Below are positions 46,831 to 59,822 of a stretch of 64,000 bases of DNA, one piece after another. The notes beneath the pieces were generated by a model. It was not told where the DNA came from and made no database searches. It saw nothing but the letters and a program-made list of their open reading frames with translations. The translations under genes were made by a program, and so were the position numbers. Numbering within the stretch: position 1 is the first letter of the stretch; each line of letters starts with the position of its first letter. The DNA lies in assembly GCF_006345805.1 (NCBI RefSeq), contig NC_043018.1:9858001-9922000 (forward strand), in the 5' to 3' direction. The stretch comes from Octopus sinensis. Its lineage: Eukaryota.

Positions 46831-47689
46831 CACTCTACAAAAGCTGAAGATTGATGTTTTATGCTTTGTGTAGTCTGCCAATCACAGTCGAAAAAGCACC
46901 GAAGACTTGAAGCTCCACCATTAACCATGATGATATACTAAAAACTGAAAGCTCACATGAAAGTTTTAATGTTTTATTACAAGTTGAGTGTGCATGGGGG
47001 GGGGGACAATTTCAACAAATCTGTCAAATTGTTTCAAACCAGCCGTGCCTAAGAATGCAAACCTTTCAGACCCCTACCAACCACTGCTTTACACCACTCA
47101 CATCTAATGTCTCTAAGATGATGGAAGCAACATTTCACAACTTTGTTTGAGGGTAATGGAAGGGACACTGCCAGGAGTGGTGGTCTTCTTGAAGGGTCTG
47201 TAAGTACTTGTGTATTTAGTGTATTTGCGTTTATGGAGGGTAATGGTGAATCTGGAACGGTGAAGGAGATAGAATTAGATGAGATTTGCCAAGTGTGGAG
47301 GCTTTTGGTATGGGGACTGTGTTCCTGGAACTATTGTTTGTGTTGTGAACTGGAGTGAAAGAAAATGGTTAATTCCCAAGATATTTGGCAATTAAAGCAT
47401 GGCTGAAAGTATTCATTTCAAACCATTCTATGCACAGCAGAAATTATGGAATTTCTCACTGCCAAGAAATTAAAATACTTTTGGTTGGACAAGTACAGAA
47501 GCAGTTCTTGAAAATATCACTGCTAGAATTGGAGTAGCTGAGTCTTTAATTCTCTGGAAATTTGACAATGAATTGTGTTGGATGAGATAAAACTTAAAAC
47601 ATCTAACAAATATGTCAAGAAAGAAATGCATATTTTCACATAAAAAAAAAAAAGTTATCTCTCTCCTCAATGACTACTGATATGGTTTC

Positions 47690-48850
47690 TTTAAAGCCCG
47701 ATCCATTGGTGGCCCACCCTCCCCTACCAATTACCAATGAGCTCTTTGCTCAGGAGAAATTTGGTGAAAGCAAGGTCATTATCTTTAACATCAGCAAAGC
47801 TTTCGACCAGGTGCTGCACCAAATCTATCGGAACTGCTAATCTATGAGTTCCACTTGTCTTTCACTTCTTGGAAATGGAGTTTCCTGTCAGATAGCACAG
47901 TAACTGCATGCTGCACTGGTGGAACTAATTCTGCTCTTTGTTCTCTCAACTCCAGAATGTATCAGGGTTCATTTTGGTCCCTCCATTTCTTTCCTTCAAT
48001 GACTTGCTTGCTGCCACATTCAACTCCTCCCACATTTACACAAATTACTTCTACTCTTCATTCCTCCCAAACATTCTACCACCATGGATCATCCACTTAA
48101 AGAACAAAAGTATTTCAACATCTTGGCAGCGAGAAATTCTATAATTTCTTACGTATTTATCACTAAAGGTGGTGAGCTGGCAGAATCGTTAGCGTGCCGG
48201 GCAAAGAGCTTAGCGGCATTTCATCTGTCTTTATGTTCTAAGTTCAAATTCTGCCGAGGTTGACTTAACCTTTCAGGGTCAATAAATTAAGTACCAGTTG
48301 AGGACTGGGGTCGATGTAAGTTAACCCCTCCCCATAAATTTCAGGCCTTGCACTGATAATAGAAAGGATTACCACTGAGGATCTCTCCTAGTGAAAGCAC
48401 ATCCTTAACATAGCTGGAATCCCATCCCAATAATGGATTCTTCTCTTCAGAGTCAGAAGAGGTTTCAGATTCCAACAACTGCCGACACTCTACAAAACTC
48501 CAGTGAGGGTCACAAAGGAGAACTGCTCTCACATTTGGCACATCTTATTGGTCTGAGGTCACACACAGTCTGACCCCTGACCTAAGAGCATGCTGACTCC
48601 TCTCTGATATTTCTACCATTACTACAATAGCTGTGCCTCATCAATGCTGGCTGAGCCCATGACCCTTCCATTCATCTCCCATCCTATTACCTGCATTGTA
48701 CACAATCCCACCAGGCCTAACATTAACTCTCCCCAGTTTTTCTTTCCCAGAATGTTGACCCACAAGAATTTCTTCTCCATTCATATCTTTCCTACAGCTG
48801 TCACCTTGGATAGGCTACAACCCCCATGGGCACTGTCCCATCCTCTTGAT
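47690..48850 (+). pseudogene. Decayed CR1/Jockey-like LINE RT and C-terminus, interrupted by a SINE at ~48165-48370
   Basis: FGESKVIIFNISKAFDQV, QGS..GP-like block, YHYYNSCASSMLAE...FFFPR. Confidence 0.5.
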
Positions 48851-48934
48851 CAGTGGTTCCAAACCTTTTCAGTGGTTCCCAACCCTTTTATTTAAATGAG
48901 TTTTCCCATGGACCTCTTTCAATATACTTATCCT

Positions 48935-48968
<34 letters not shown>

Positions 48969-48970
<2 letters not shown>

Positions 48971-49363
48971 CGCAGGAGTGGCTGTGTGGTAAGTAGCTTG
49001 CTTACCAACCACATGGTTCCAGGTTCAGTCCCACTGCGTGGCATGTCGGGAAAGTGTCTTCTACTATAGTCTTGGGCCGACCAGAGCCTTGTGAGTGGAT
49101 TTGGTAGACGGAAACTGAAAGAAGCCCATCGTATATATGTGTATATATGTGTGTGTATGTTTGTGTTCTGTGTTTGTCCCCCTAGCATTGCTTGACAACC
49201 GGTGCTGGTGTGTTTACGTCGCTGTCACTTAGCGGTTCGGCAAAAGAGACTGATAGAATAAGTACTGGGCTTACAAAGAATAAGTCCTGGGGTCAATTTG
49301 CTTGACTAAAGGCGGTGCTCCAGCATGGCCGCAGTCAAATGACTGAAACAAGTAAAAGTAAAG
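48969..49363 (+). mobile_element. tRNA-derived SINE family 2, full copy (others at 4222, 5945, 18100, 31195, 56430, 58820)
   Basis: tggctgtgtggtaag A-box-like, gggttcagtccc B-box-like, internal TA/TG tract, gaaacaagtaaaag tail. Confidence 0.85.
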
Positions 49364-50417
49364 TATATATGAAATTCTGAATTTAGTTCCCGGACCCCAG
49401 TACTACCTTTGCAGACCACCAGGGTTCCATGGACCCCAGGTTGGGAATCACTGCTTTCAATCAAACCAGACCAAAAGTACTGCAGTGGATTTAATATTCT
49501 TGTAATGTATTCTAGATGTGAATGGAATCATAATGGAAGACAACTTCTAATGAAGTGTGTGGAACTGGTTTATGTCCAAGGTTGGTTGATTTTTGTTTTT
49601 CTTTGTTTTTGCTATCTTTCGCTATTGGAACAAAACTGGCATTTAAAGAGAAAGCGAAAGAGAACTTCTTCAGCCTAAGAAAATAAACATTGATAATCTC
49701 TTCTCTGTTTTAATCTTTGTTTTAGTTAATATTCTAGCAGGATATGAAAACACCGATATGAACGGATCAATGTGAAAATATGTATAATTCTATTTGCATC
49801 TTTGCCAAAATATCAGAGAAACGAGAAAACGATAAATGGAGGAGTGAGAAACAAAACGTACAAATAAAATACCAAACAAAAGAAAAAAAGTATAAAAACA
49901 AAACCAAAGACATTAACAGAACTTGTTGCTTCCATTTTGTATTGCAATGTCTGCAATCCATGAATGAGATTAAAATATTGCAGCCAAGAAATGGTTGGCA
50001 ATAGAGAGAAATGGAGTTATATTGTTCTGCGAAACATTACGTGGTTTGTGGAGTTATCTGCAGTGAAACACACAACAAAAAGATCCATATTCTTCGCTCT
50101 CTTCTTTTCCAGCTGAATTCCATATTCTCAGCTGTTGCCAAATTTATCTGGTGTCAGTGAAGAAATGACATAAAACTGTCGATGATGGAATGGTGGAATT
50201 TTAGAGATGAGTTATCGGAGGAAGTGAGGTGTGAGAGCAGCCGAAAACAATATATTGGCTGGACTAATCATTTATGCAACTTTTGCTATAACCATTTACA
50301 TTAGGAGTTCAAATCACAGCAAGGTTTGCTTTATCATTTAATTTCTCAGGAAGCTGAAGTAAGTACCAATAATATACCATAGTAACAACAAGATATACCA
50401 TAGTAATTTATATCATA

Positions 50418-51503
50418 GGAGAAATATATAGCCAAAGGTAGACCTCTGTACTTGGCTTTTGTTGACTTGGAGAAAGCCTTTGACAGGGTCCCCCCCAATC
50501 CCTTATCTAGTGGTCAATGCGGAAACTAGGGATAGATGAGTGATTGGTGAGAGCTGTACAAGCCATGTACCATTATCTAGGTGACCAAGTTAGTAGCAGA
50601 GGTGGATGCTCTGAGAGAGTAGATGTGGGAATAAGATTAGACTGGGCAAAATTCAGAGAACTCCTACTTCTGCTAGCAACAAAGAGCCCCTCCCTCAGAG
50701 AGAAAGGCAGATTGCATGATGCCTGTGTGTGAACAGCTATGCTACACAGCAGTGAAACATGGGATGCTGTGACAGCCAAGGGCATGTGTAGTCTTGAAAG
50801 AAATGAAGCCAATATGCTTCACTGGATGTGCAGTGTCAGTGTGCATGTTCAACAGAGTGTAAGCATAAGAGACATCAGATGTGGTGTGCAAAAGAGACAA
50901 CTGCGCTGGTATGGTCATGTGATGTGAATGGACGAGGACAACAGTGTAAAAAAGTGCCCATCTCTAACTATGGATGGAACCTGTGGCAGAGGTAGACCCA
51001 GAAAGACATAGGATGAAGTGGTGAAGCATGATCTTTAAACTTTGGACCTCACAGAGGCAATGACTAGTGACCAAGACCTTTGGTGATATGTTGTGCTTAA
51101 GACCTTCCAAGCCAAATGAAATCATAGTCATGTCCAACGCTGGTGTCATGTAACTGGAACCCATGCCAGTGGCATGTAAAAGGCACCTTTCAAGAGTTGG
51201 GCCACATGGAGGAAAAGTAGCTGATGCTGGTGGCATATGAAAAGCTCTTTTTGAGTGTTGGGCCTCACAGGGGCAATGACCGAGACCGTTGGCACTATGT
51301 AGTAACATCACAGTTGTGGCAGGTGATGGTGTTATGCAAATGACCCCTGTGCTGCTGGCACATAAAAGCACCCTTTGCACTCTTGGAGTGGTTGGTGTTA
51401 GGAAGAGCATCCAGCTGTAGAAACCATGCCAAATCAGACCGGAGTCTGGTACAGCCTTCCAGCTTGCCAGCCCTGGTCAAACTGTCCAACCCATGCCAGC
51501 ATG
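50418..51503 (+). mobile_element. RTE LINE 3' fragment with internal deletion removing the YADD and PHD region, plus 3' UTR
   Basis: VRAVQAMY joined directly to HYLGDQVSS at ~50570; KAFD and RRLRWYGHV blocks present. Confidence 0.8.
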
Positions 51504-52312
51504 TGCTCTGGGTTCAAATAGCAATGAGATCAAATTAACTTTTCATCCTTTTGGGCACTGATACATATAGTACAAATCATGAATGGAGGAAGGGGTGGTA
51601 CAGGAGGGTCACATTTTCTGTCTTTCTGAAGAGTGAGGGACACTGCCAGGTCTAAAAATCCCTGACATGCTATATGTCACAACAATACTCCTCCTACCAC
51701 CATGACCCCATAAGGAGTTTGGGCCCAAGGAAAGACAATATGATATATATATGTGTAGGTGCAGGCGTGGCTGTGTGGTAAGAAGTTTGCTGCCCAACCA
51801 CATGGTTCTGGGTTCAGTTCCACAATGTGCTATCTTGGGTAGGTGTTTCCTACTATACCCTCGAAGCGACTGAAGCCTTGAGAATAGGTTTGGTAGAAAG
51901 AAACTGAGAGAAGCTTCTTATATATATGATAATCATCAGCTAATGTCCGTTGTCCATGCTGGCATGGGTTGGACGGTGTGACCAGAGCTGGCAAGCTGTG
52001 CCAGACTCCTGTCTGATTTGGCATGGTTTCTACAGTTGGATGTCCTTCCTGACACCAACTACTTTACAGAGTGTGTTGGATGCTTTTATGTGGCGCCACA
52101 TGGGTGCTTTTATGTGACACTGCACAGGCACTTTTATATGGCACCACCATAAGTACTTTACACCACCAGAAGGATTGGTCTAAACACTTCTGCCGTAGGG
52201 TATGGGTCTTCTTGAGTATGGCCAGATGCCAGGTAAATCTTGGTCTTTTGTCATATCAACTGATAGGTTACATGTATGTATGTATATGTATACATGTATA
52301 TATTTCATATTC

Positions 52313-52348
52313 CTCTCTGTTGAAGAGCGTAGGCTCGAAATATAAAAG
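52313..52348 (+). ncRNA. U6-core hammerhead-like motif, second copy
   Basis: CUCU CUGUUGA A GAGC guag GCUC GAA AUAU A AAAG; stem III still palindromic, one stem I mismatch. Confidence 0.5.
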
Positions 52349-52431
52349 ACTTTCTCACTTTCCCGAGCATCAAACTAATACACCTGCTTGTTGTTTATAC
52401 AACTGTCTTTTGTTTTTCTGTAAATTTCAAC

Positions 52432-52467
<36 letters not shown>

Positions 52468-52565
52468 GGAGTAAACACATAAATGTGAAACAAGGTGGAA
52501 AAAAAGAGTACTCAAATACCAGTGGTATAGTAATATACTTTATTTAAAGCAGCAGAAAATTCAAC

Positions 52566-52612
52566 AAAACCTGTTACTCTGAGTTTCCCGTTGCCGTTCA
52601 TCGGACAGTTTT
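52566..52612 (-). ncRNA. Mirror copy of the C4-core hammerhead-like ribozyme (left arm of palindrome)
   Basis: Exact reverse complement of 52627-52673. Confidence 0.65.
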
Positions 52613-52626
52613 TGCTAGATCTAGCA

Positions 52627-52673
52627 AAAACTGTCCGATGAACGGCAACGGGAAACTCAGAGTAACAGGTTTT
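52627..52673 (+). ncRNA. Type I hammerhead-like ribozyme, C4 core variant (right arm of perfect palindrome)
   Basis: AAAA CUGU CCGAUGA A CG gcaa CG G GAA ACU cag AGU A ACAG g UUUU; GUA cleavage triplet ending at 52664; GNRA loop on stem II. Confidence 0.65.
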
Positions 52674-52805
52674 GTTGAATTTTCTGCTGCTTTAAATAAA
52701 GTATATATATATATATATAAATAATTATTTGAGGGAATATTAATCCAAACTTACAGGAAGAAAAATTCAATTTAGAAATACTAAATCAAATTTTCACACA
52801 ATATA

Positions 52806-53045
52806 ATATATATATAAAAATTAGAAAAAAAAACACCTTTTATCAATACAAAATGAACAATTAAATTACACCATCTAGAAAATTACATATAATAGAAATA
52901 TTAAAATAACAATTTTAATATTAAATTAATTAAATTAAAATAATAATTTTAATATTTCTATTATATGTAATTTTCTAGATGGTGTAATTTAATTGTTCAT
53001 TTTGAATTGATAAAAGGTGGTCTTTTTCTAAATTTTATATATATA
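52806..53045. repeat. AT-rich foldback, ~100-bp arms with ~38-bp spacer
   Basis: caccttttatcaatacaaaatgaac...aatagaaatattaaaat vs attttaatatttctatt...gttcattttgaattgataaaaggtg. Confidence 0.85.
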
Positions 53046-53142
53046 TATATATAGTTCAAATTTACAGAAAACAAAAAATGAAGACAGGTGAAGGAACAGC
53101 AAGCAGGTGTATTAGTTTAATGCTCAAGAAGAATGTAAAAGT

Positions 53143-53178
53143 CTTTGACATTTTGTGCCTATGCTCTTCAACAGAAAG
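53143..53178 (-). ncRNA. U6-core hammerhead-like motif, decayed third copy
   Basis: CUUU CUGUUGA A GAGC auag GCAC AAA AUGU C AAAG; G12 lost, stem II mismatch. Confidence 0.4.
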
Positions 53179-53362
53179 GATTGGGAGGAAAAAAGACAAG
53201 GAGAGAAAAAAAAATGTGTAGGGGTGAATGGTTGAACATGATGAAATGGCTGGAAGAAAGAGGCTGAGTGAAAAAGGAGATAATAACAGTGACTTGCTGA
53301 AAAAGGTGCACAAACCGGTATGTGTGTGTGTGTGTTTGTGTGTGTATATATGTATATATATA

Positions 53363-53597
53363 TCATCATCATCATCATGTTAACGTCCGTTTTCCGCGCT
53401 AGCACGGGTTGGACGTTTCACGACGGGGTCTGGGGAGCTCGGGACTGCCCCAGGCTCCAGTCTAGTCTGGCAGGTTTTCTACAGCTGGATGCCCTTCCTA
53501 ACGCCACCCCTCCGCGAGTGTAGTGGGTTTTTTTACGTGCCACCTGCACAGGTGCCAGAGGGTCTGGCATCGGCCACGTTCGGATGGTGCTTTTTTT
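53363..53597 (-). mobile_element. RTE 3' tail copy with ~1 array unit (similar tails at ~2562, 8100, 13615, 18850, 23480, 33820, 51940, 60860)
   Basis: (cat)n + gttaacgtccgttttcc...ggatgcccttcctaacgcc. Confidence 0.75.
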
Positions 53598-54901
53598 ATG
53601 GGGGGGGTGCAGAAATATAGGGGAGCACCATGGGGAGGGGTGGGGTTTCAAGAAATGATGACAGGTTCTAGGCAAGTAGAACGTAGGATATCGAGAGAGG
53701 GGTAATGCATGGTGAAATAGCGTATTGAAGAGGGGGTTCGAAGAGTAGACACCTATAATGGTGGTGGGAGAAGCGACATCCGGTATAGATGGAGCAAAAT
53801 ATAGAGATATCCGGTATTGATGGTGGGGTGGGCAGGGTAGGTGCACCGCGAAGATACGATTTTGATTTTAGATGAATGAAGATAGATAGAGAAATTAGAT
53901 AGAATAGAGAAATTTGATAATAGTTAGACAGATAGAGAAACATAAATAAATGGTAACCGAAGTGAAAATTAGCATTCAACTTATCTGCACTCAGGACTAC
54001 AGCTTGGAGATGAATGAGAGAGTGAAGAGAGAGAGAGAGAGAGAACATGTGTATTAGAGGGGACATACTTCAAGATGGCGCGAAGATACGAAGTTTGATT
54101 TTAGACGAATGAAGATAGATAGATAGATAGAGAAATTTGATAAATATATATATGAGAGAGAGTGTGTGTGTGTGTATCCTTGTCTTGATATCTATTTCTT
54201 TACTACCCACAAGGGGCTAAACACAGAAAGGACAAACAAGGACAGACAAACAGATTAAGTCGATTATATCGACCCCAGTGCGTAACTGGTACTTATTTAA
54301 TCAACTCCAAAAGGATGAAAGGCAAAGTCAACCTCAGCGGAATTTGAACTCAGAACGTAACGGCAGACGAAATACGGCTACATATTTCATCCGGCATGCT
54401 AACGTTTCTGCCAGCTCAACGCGTGATGGCTGCAAATGAGCATCATCATCATACAAGTGATCTTGTTCATTTTTGGTCTTGCAATGAAAAATATCTGACC
54501 GTAAGAAAATATGACCTTGCTTGGAAACTGTTGAGGGTTGGCAACATGAAGGACATCCAACCACCGAAAAGCTGCCTCATCAAATTCCCTCTGGCTTATG
54601 CAAGCATGGGAAAGTGGACATTAAATGATAATGCAGATGAAACTCGAATACCATCATGTCTTCAATGCAAAACATACACACACACACACACCAAACACTT
54701 ATAAATCTATATTCTCTGATCTTTAAAATATGCTGGAAACAATGAGTTTGCATACGACAGGGAATCGGATTAAAAAGTGTTCAACTTGACCAACTTGGCA
54801 ATGGTTCCGATCCAACAAAGTTCGGTAAATATTTACACAAGAAATGATTACTGAGAAAACAAAGCTCTCACTGATGTTGGATGACCATGTATAGGGGAGG
54901 G

Positions 54902-55029
<128 letters not shown>

Positions 55030-55176
55030 GCTGGAGATTCTTTAAGTGAAACAAGACAATTAAAATAAACACTATTGAACAACAAAGGTTGGTGGAGAAT
55101 CTATGATGCAACAATCGTTGATTAAAGTAGTGTATATATCAGACACAGTGAAGGTCCATGGCTCAGTGGTTAGAGC

Positions 55177-55397
55177 TGGCAGAATTGTTAGAGCGCCAGG
55201 CGAAATGCTTAGCGGTATTTCGTCTGCCGTTGCGTTCTGAGTTCAAATTCCGCCGAGGTCGACTTTGCCTTTCATCCTTTCGGGGTCGATAAATTAAGTA
55301 CCAGTTACGCACTGGGGTCGATGTAATCGACTTAATACCTATGTCTGTCCTTGTTTGTCCCCTCTATGTTTAGCCCCTTGTGGGTAATAAAGAAATA
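55177..55397 (+). mobile_element. tRNA-derived SINE family 1, near-consensus copy (>20 copies, e.g. 660-880, 3870-4100, 9046-9250, 10630-11060, 38985-39180, 54190-54420)
   Basis: tggcagaatcgttag A-box-like and gagttcaaattcc B-box-like motifs, shared gactttgcctttcatcctttcggggtcga body. Confidence 0.85.
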
Positions 55398-57214
55398 GGT
55401 TAGAGCACCAGGCTCACAATCATGAGGTTGTAAGCTCAATTCCTGGACTGGGCTGTGTGTCTTTCCCCCACATACACAAACACATGAAGGGCTACTGAAA
55501 AGTTCCTGGCTTTAATGGTATCACAAAAGGGCTGGTGGGAGGCCCAACCTTCCGAGTTCTTATACAGGGCTTAGAAAAACTGACAGTGTGTGATAGAAGA
55601 CAATCTGCTCAAGGTACCATGCAGTGGGATTGAACCTGAAACTACAGAGTTGATAGAGTAATGGACTTGTCAAATAACAGATCCGTATGCTGTTACTGGT
55701 GCTCTGTCATTTGGGGCATGTAATTTTCAGTTAAGTGCTCAGTCTACTTAACTGTAAGAAGGTACAACAGGCTGGTGTAATTCATTGCTGAGAACATCGT
55801 TACGATAATCAGTAACACCTTGTAAATTTACAAATACTGTGTTTAATTATTCTTTGAGGAAAGTTATCTCTAATAGATCTGTATTCTGGTCAAGGCCAGA
55901 AGCCATAGATAATCACCAACTGTCAATAGGTCCTTGTGGTTTGGAAAAGGATTAGCATAGACTTACAAAGACTTGGTGGAAATGCTCAGATATTTTTAGA
56001 ATGGGCACACAAAAGAATTAATCTTTATCCAGGAAACCATTCTCTAACTATTTCAGTCAGAAGTAATCAATAAATCCTCCATAGAGTGGTTTTGTAGCAG
56101 GTTACTTGAAAGACTTCCTTATAGAAGTCCTTCTACTCTCAACTTTGTCAGAGTGTGTTTCCCTCACACATTACACACACACAGACACATACACACATAC
56201 ATACATATAGAAGCAGGTGCTGAAAAGTTCCTGGCTTTAAGGGTATAACCTTCCGAGTTCTTTTACAGGGCTTAGAAAAACTGAAGGACCGCTGCAATAA
56301 GTGGGTGAATCTGAGAGAAGGATACATTGAATAAAATCATTATTAACTGATCTTCCCACATTTTCTTTTACCCAAAGAACTTTACAGCACCCGTTCGGAT
56401 GCATGTGTGTGTGAATATACATACATATACTCTTTTACTTGTTTCAGTCATTTGACTGTGGCCATGCTGGGGTCAAGGAAATCGACCCCAGGACTTATTC
56501 TTTGTAAGTCTAGTACTTATTCTATCAGTCTCTTTTGCTGAACTGCTAAGTTACGGGGAAGTAAACACACCTTGCATCGGTTGTCAAGTGATGTTGGGGG
56601 GGGGGGGCACAAACACAAACACACACACATACATATATATATACATATATACAATGGGCTTCTTTCAGTTTCAGTCTACCAAATCCACTCACAAGGCTTT
56701 GGTCAGCCCGAGGATATAGTAGAAGACACTTGCCCAAGGTGCCACGCAGTGGGACTGAACCCAGAACCATGTGGTTGGTAAGCAAGCTACTTACCACACA
56801 GCCACTCCCATGCCTATATATATACACAAACATCTATATATGAATAAGAACAGATGAAAATTCATTTATTCAATACAACTGTTGCATACAATTTTCTTTT
56901 TTAATTGAAGAATAGAGTTATTACATCGTGCTAAAAAAAATGATTATATGCCCCTCCGGGATTCCTGATTAGCTTCAGCTGAATATACCTCACTTGCAAA
57001 CAAGTGCTGTTGACAGGGAAGGCATCCAGCTGTAGGAAATTTGCCTCAACAAATTCTCTCCATTCATCTTCTCACATGGCCTAAGTCTCAATATGGAGCC
57101 CTCCATCAAGTGCCTGGAGGAGGGAGTGCTGCCCTGGGTGAAGAGGATGGCTACTGGTAGATCCACAGTCTAGCAGCAGGACCCTGCACCACGCCACACA
57201 AGCAGGAGAACCCA

Positions 57215-58818
57215 GTCATGGCTGTCAGACAATTTCTGAGAACACATCACCCCTAACATCTGGCCACCTAACTCCTCCTCAGACTGCAACCCCCTTGTTT
57301 ATTATGTGTGGGACACAGTTGAGTGAGAGACCAACAAAACTCCTTGTAACATCAAAGATGAACTGAAGGCAAGGATTATGGCAGCATTCACCAGATTAAA
57401 CAAGGAGACCTGTCCAGAAGAGTTGCAGGATATTCAGAAGTCATCTGGAGGCTGAGGTTGAAGCCAAAGGCGATTTTACTGAATAAATTTACTCTTTAGC
57501 ATTTCAAGATATTTTTATGTAATTTTGGTAAATACAGGGTGCATAAGGTATCTGAGGACATACGTTTTTGGGGGTCATTGCTGCATTTTTTGCTAACTCT
57601 GTATAATCTTTGATTCAGAAAATAATAATGGCAGACCCTCAGCTTACTCAAGAAATGAAGAGGCATGAGGTTATTGGGGTTATAAAGGCTGAGCATAGCG
57701 ATTTAGAAATATCTCAATTTTTAAAAGTTTCCAGATCTTTTGTCTACAAAGTTTGTAAGGAGCTAGAGACTGAAGATGGAAACGTAGCACCGATATCAAG
57801 GCATAAAAAGCATGCTAAATGCTCTGAAATCACCAGAACACCTGAATTTATCCAGCAAGTTCAACAGACCATTGATTACAATCCCAGAAAGTCCATGGGG
57901 TCAATAGCAAAAGATCTCCATGTGTCAGAAGGAACAGTCAGAAATGTTGTCCCCTAAGACATCAGATATAAGTCTTATATGATGAGGAAAGGTCAATTTG
58001 TCAGAAAAAGCAAAAGAAAATCACTACATCAGATCTAAAAGGCTCTTAAATTGAAAAACCCAGCAGAAGATTTGATTTTCCTCAAACAAGAAAAACTTTA
58101 CCCTTCTGAAGTTCCAAGTGTTATGCATACAAAATTTCCTGCAACATTCATGGTTTTAGGGGGATTGGCAATGAAGGATATGTGATGCCCCCTTACTTCT
58201 TTCCAGAAGGCCTTACAGTTAACTCTGCTGTCTACATTGGGGCCCTGGAAATAATTGTTAAACCCTGGATAGACGGTGTATGCAATGGAAGGCCATATGT
58301 GTTTCAGTAAGACTCTGCACAATCACACATGGCTCTAGTAACACAGGAATGGATGGCTGAAAATTTTCATGTTCACACAACCCCAAACATTTGGCCTCCT
58401 AATTCCCCAGATCTCAATCCATTGGACTATTACATATGGAGCATTGTTGAGAGAACGGTCAATGGACACGTCCATAACACCAAAGATTCTTTGAAAGCTG
58501 TTATAGTCAGAGTAATGTCTAAAATGAACCAGGACCACTTGATTTGAGCATGTAGATGATTTAGATCTCATATCGAAGCAGTTGTTGGAACTGAAGGTAG
58601 TTTTATTGAATAACATTATAGAAAAGAAAGTTTGTTTTTATCCTCATTGCATTTTTTGATAAATAAAGTTATGTTATTATATATCTGTTTTTTTTTTTCA
58701 ATATAACCATAAATATGTCCCCAAATATCTTATGCACATTGTATATCTGTTAAAATGAGATGTCAGTGTTATTTTCATTTTTGCATAATTTAGACAACAG
58801 TTTGTTCACCGCACCCTG
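57215..58818 (+). mobile_element. 3' remnant of a second DD37D-type element hosting the 57535-58741 insertion
   Basis: ITPNIWPPNSSSDCNPLVYYVWDTVE*ETNKTPCNIKDELKARIMAAF; terminal gcaccctg|TA at 58811-58820. Confidence 0.75.
57535..58741 (+). mobile_element. Full-length DD37D (maT-type) Tc1/mariner element, 1207 bp, TA target duplication; transposase pseudogene 57628-58613
   Basis: TIRs CAGGGTGCATAAGGTATCTGAGGACATA / CAATGTGCATAAGATATTTGGGGACATA; FQ*D (58311) followed by exactly 37 residues to the D of WPPNSPDLNPLDY; several stops and frameshifts. Confidence 0.9.
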
Positions 58819-59316
58819 TATGTGTGGATGATGCTGTGTGGTAAGAAGGTTGCTTTCCAACCACATGGTTCCGGGTTCAGTCCCACTGCAGGGCACCTTG
58901 GGCAAGAGTCTTCTACTATAGCCTCAATTTTGACCAAAGCCTTGTCAGTAGATTTCGTGAACGGAAAGTGAAAGAAGCCCTTCATGTGTATAGGTGTGTG
59001 TGTTTGTCCCCCCACCACTACTTCACAACTTGTGTTAGTGTACTTATGACCCCATAACTTAGCAGTTCGGCAAAAGAAACTAATAGAATAAGTATTAACC
59101 ACGCTTAAAAAAAAAAAAAAAAAAAAAATCAAGAACTGGGGTTGATATATTTAAGCTAAAAATTCTTCAAGGGGGTGCCCCAGCATGGCCACAGTATAAA
59201 TGACTGAAACAAGTAAAAGATAAGATAAAATATATTTGTTGATATTTAGCAGAAGTAACGGAATGACTCAAAGTCTGAGAGTTTTGTGTGTTAGCACTTA
59301 TGAAGCATTTGTCTAT

Positions 59317-59354
<38 letters not shown>

Positions 59355-59448
59355 ATATTCATAAGATACATATATAGGGTAGCGAATATTCATTATAAAT
59401 ATCACTATCAGTGGTCTAACATGTATAAATAGTCAATAGACAACATAT

Positions 59449-59822
59449 TCATATTTTAAAAAAGTGTACATATAAACACAAGAGAAAACTACCTTTTAAC
59501 AGGTAATTTTTACATGCTAGAAATAGCAGCCAACATGGGCAAAACCGCGATTTAATAGCAATTTTCGAAGGGATTGAAAAATAAAAACTTTTACCTTGTT
59601 ATTGGAGAAAAAGGATGACAAATAATATTGTTTGCTAAAGAAATTTCGAAACCAAGATAATAATATAACTGATAATAAATAACAAGGTAAAAGTTTTTAT
59701 TTTTCAATCCCTTCGAAAATTGCCATCAAATCGTGGTTTTGGCCGTGTTGGCTGCTATTTCTAGCATGTAAAAATTACCTGTTAAAAGGAAGTTTTCTCT
59801 TGTGTTTAAATGTACATTTTTG

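Larger units (their letters stand above)
52533..52706. repeat. Perfect 174-bp palindrome, no spacer, centred on GATC (52618-52621)
   Basis: Arms compared by eye: 52533-52619 is the exact reverse complement of 52620-52706. Confidence 0.95.

Noticed and set aside
48969-49040. tRNA genes
   Set aside because: A/B-box sequences are SINE heads; no cloverleaf with acceptor stem and anticodon arm found anywhere.
49440-50330. Second protein-coding gene in a TE-poor stretch
   Set aside because: Only short low-complexity ORFs, with no consistent exon chain or recognisable domain; could be UTR or lncRNA but unsupported.
59604-59677. CTAAAGAAATTTCGAAAC in the foldback spacer as a decayed hammerhead
   Set aside because: G5 absent, and no consistent stems I-III.
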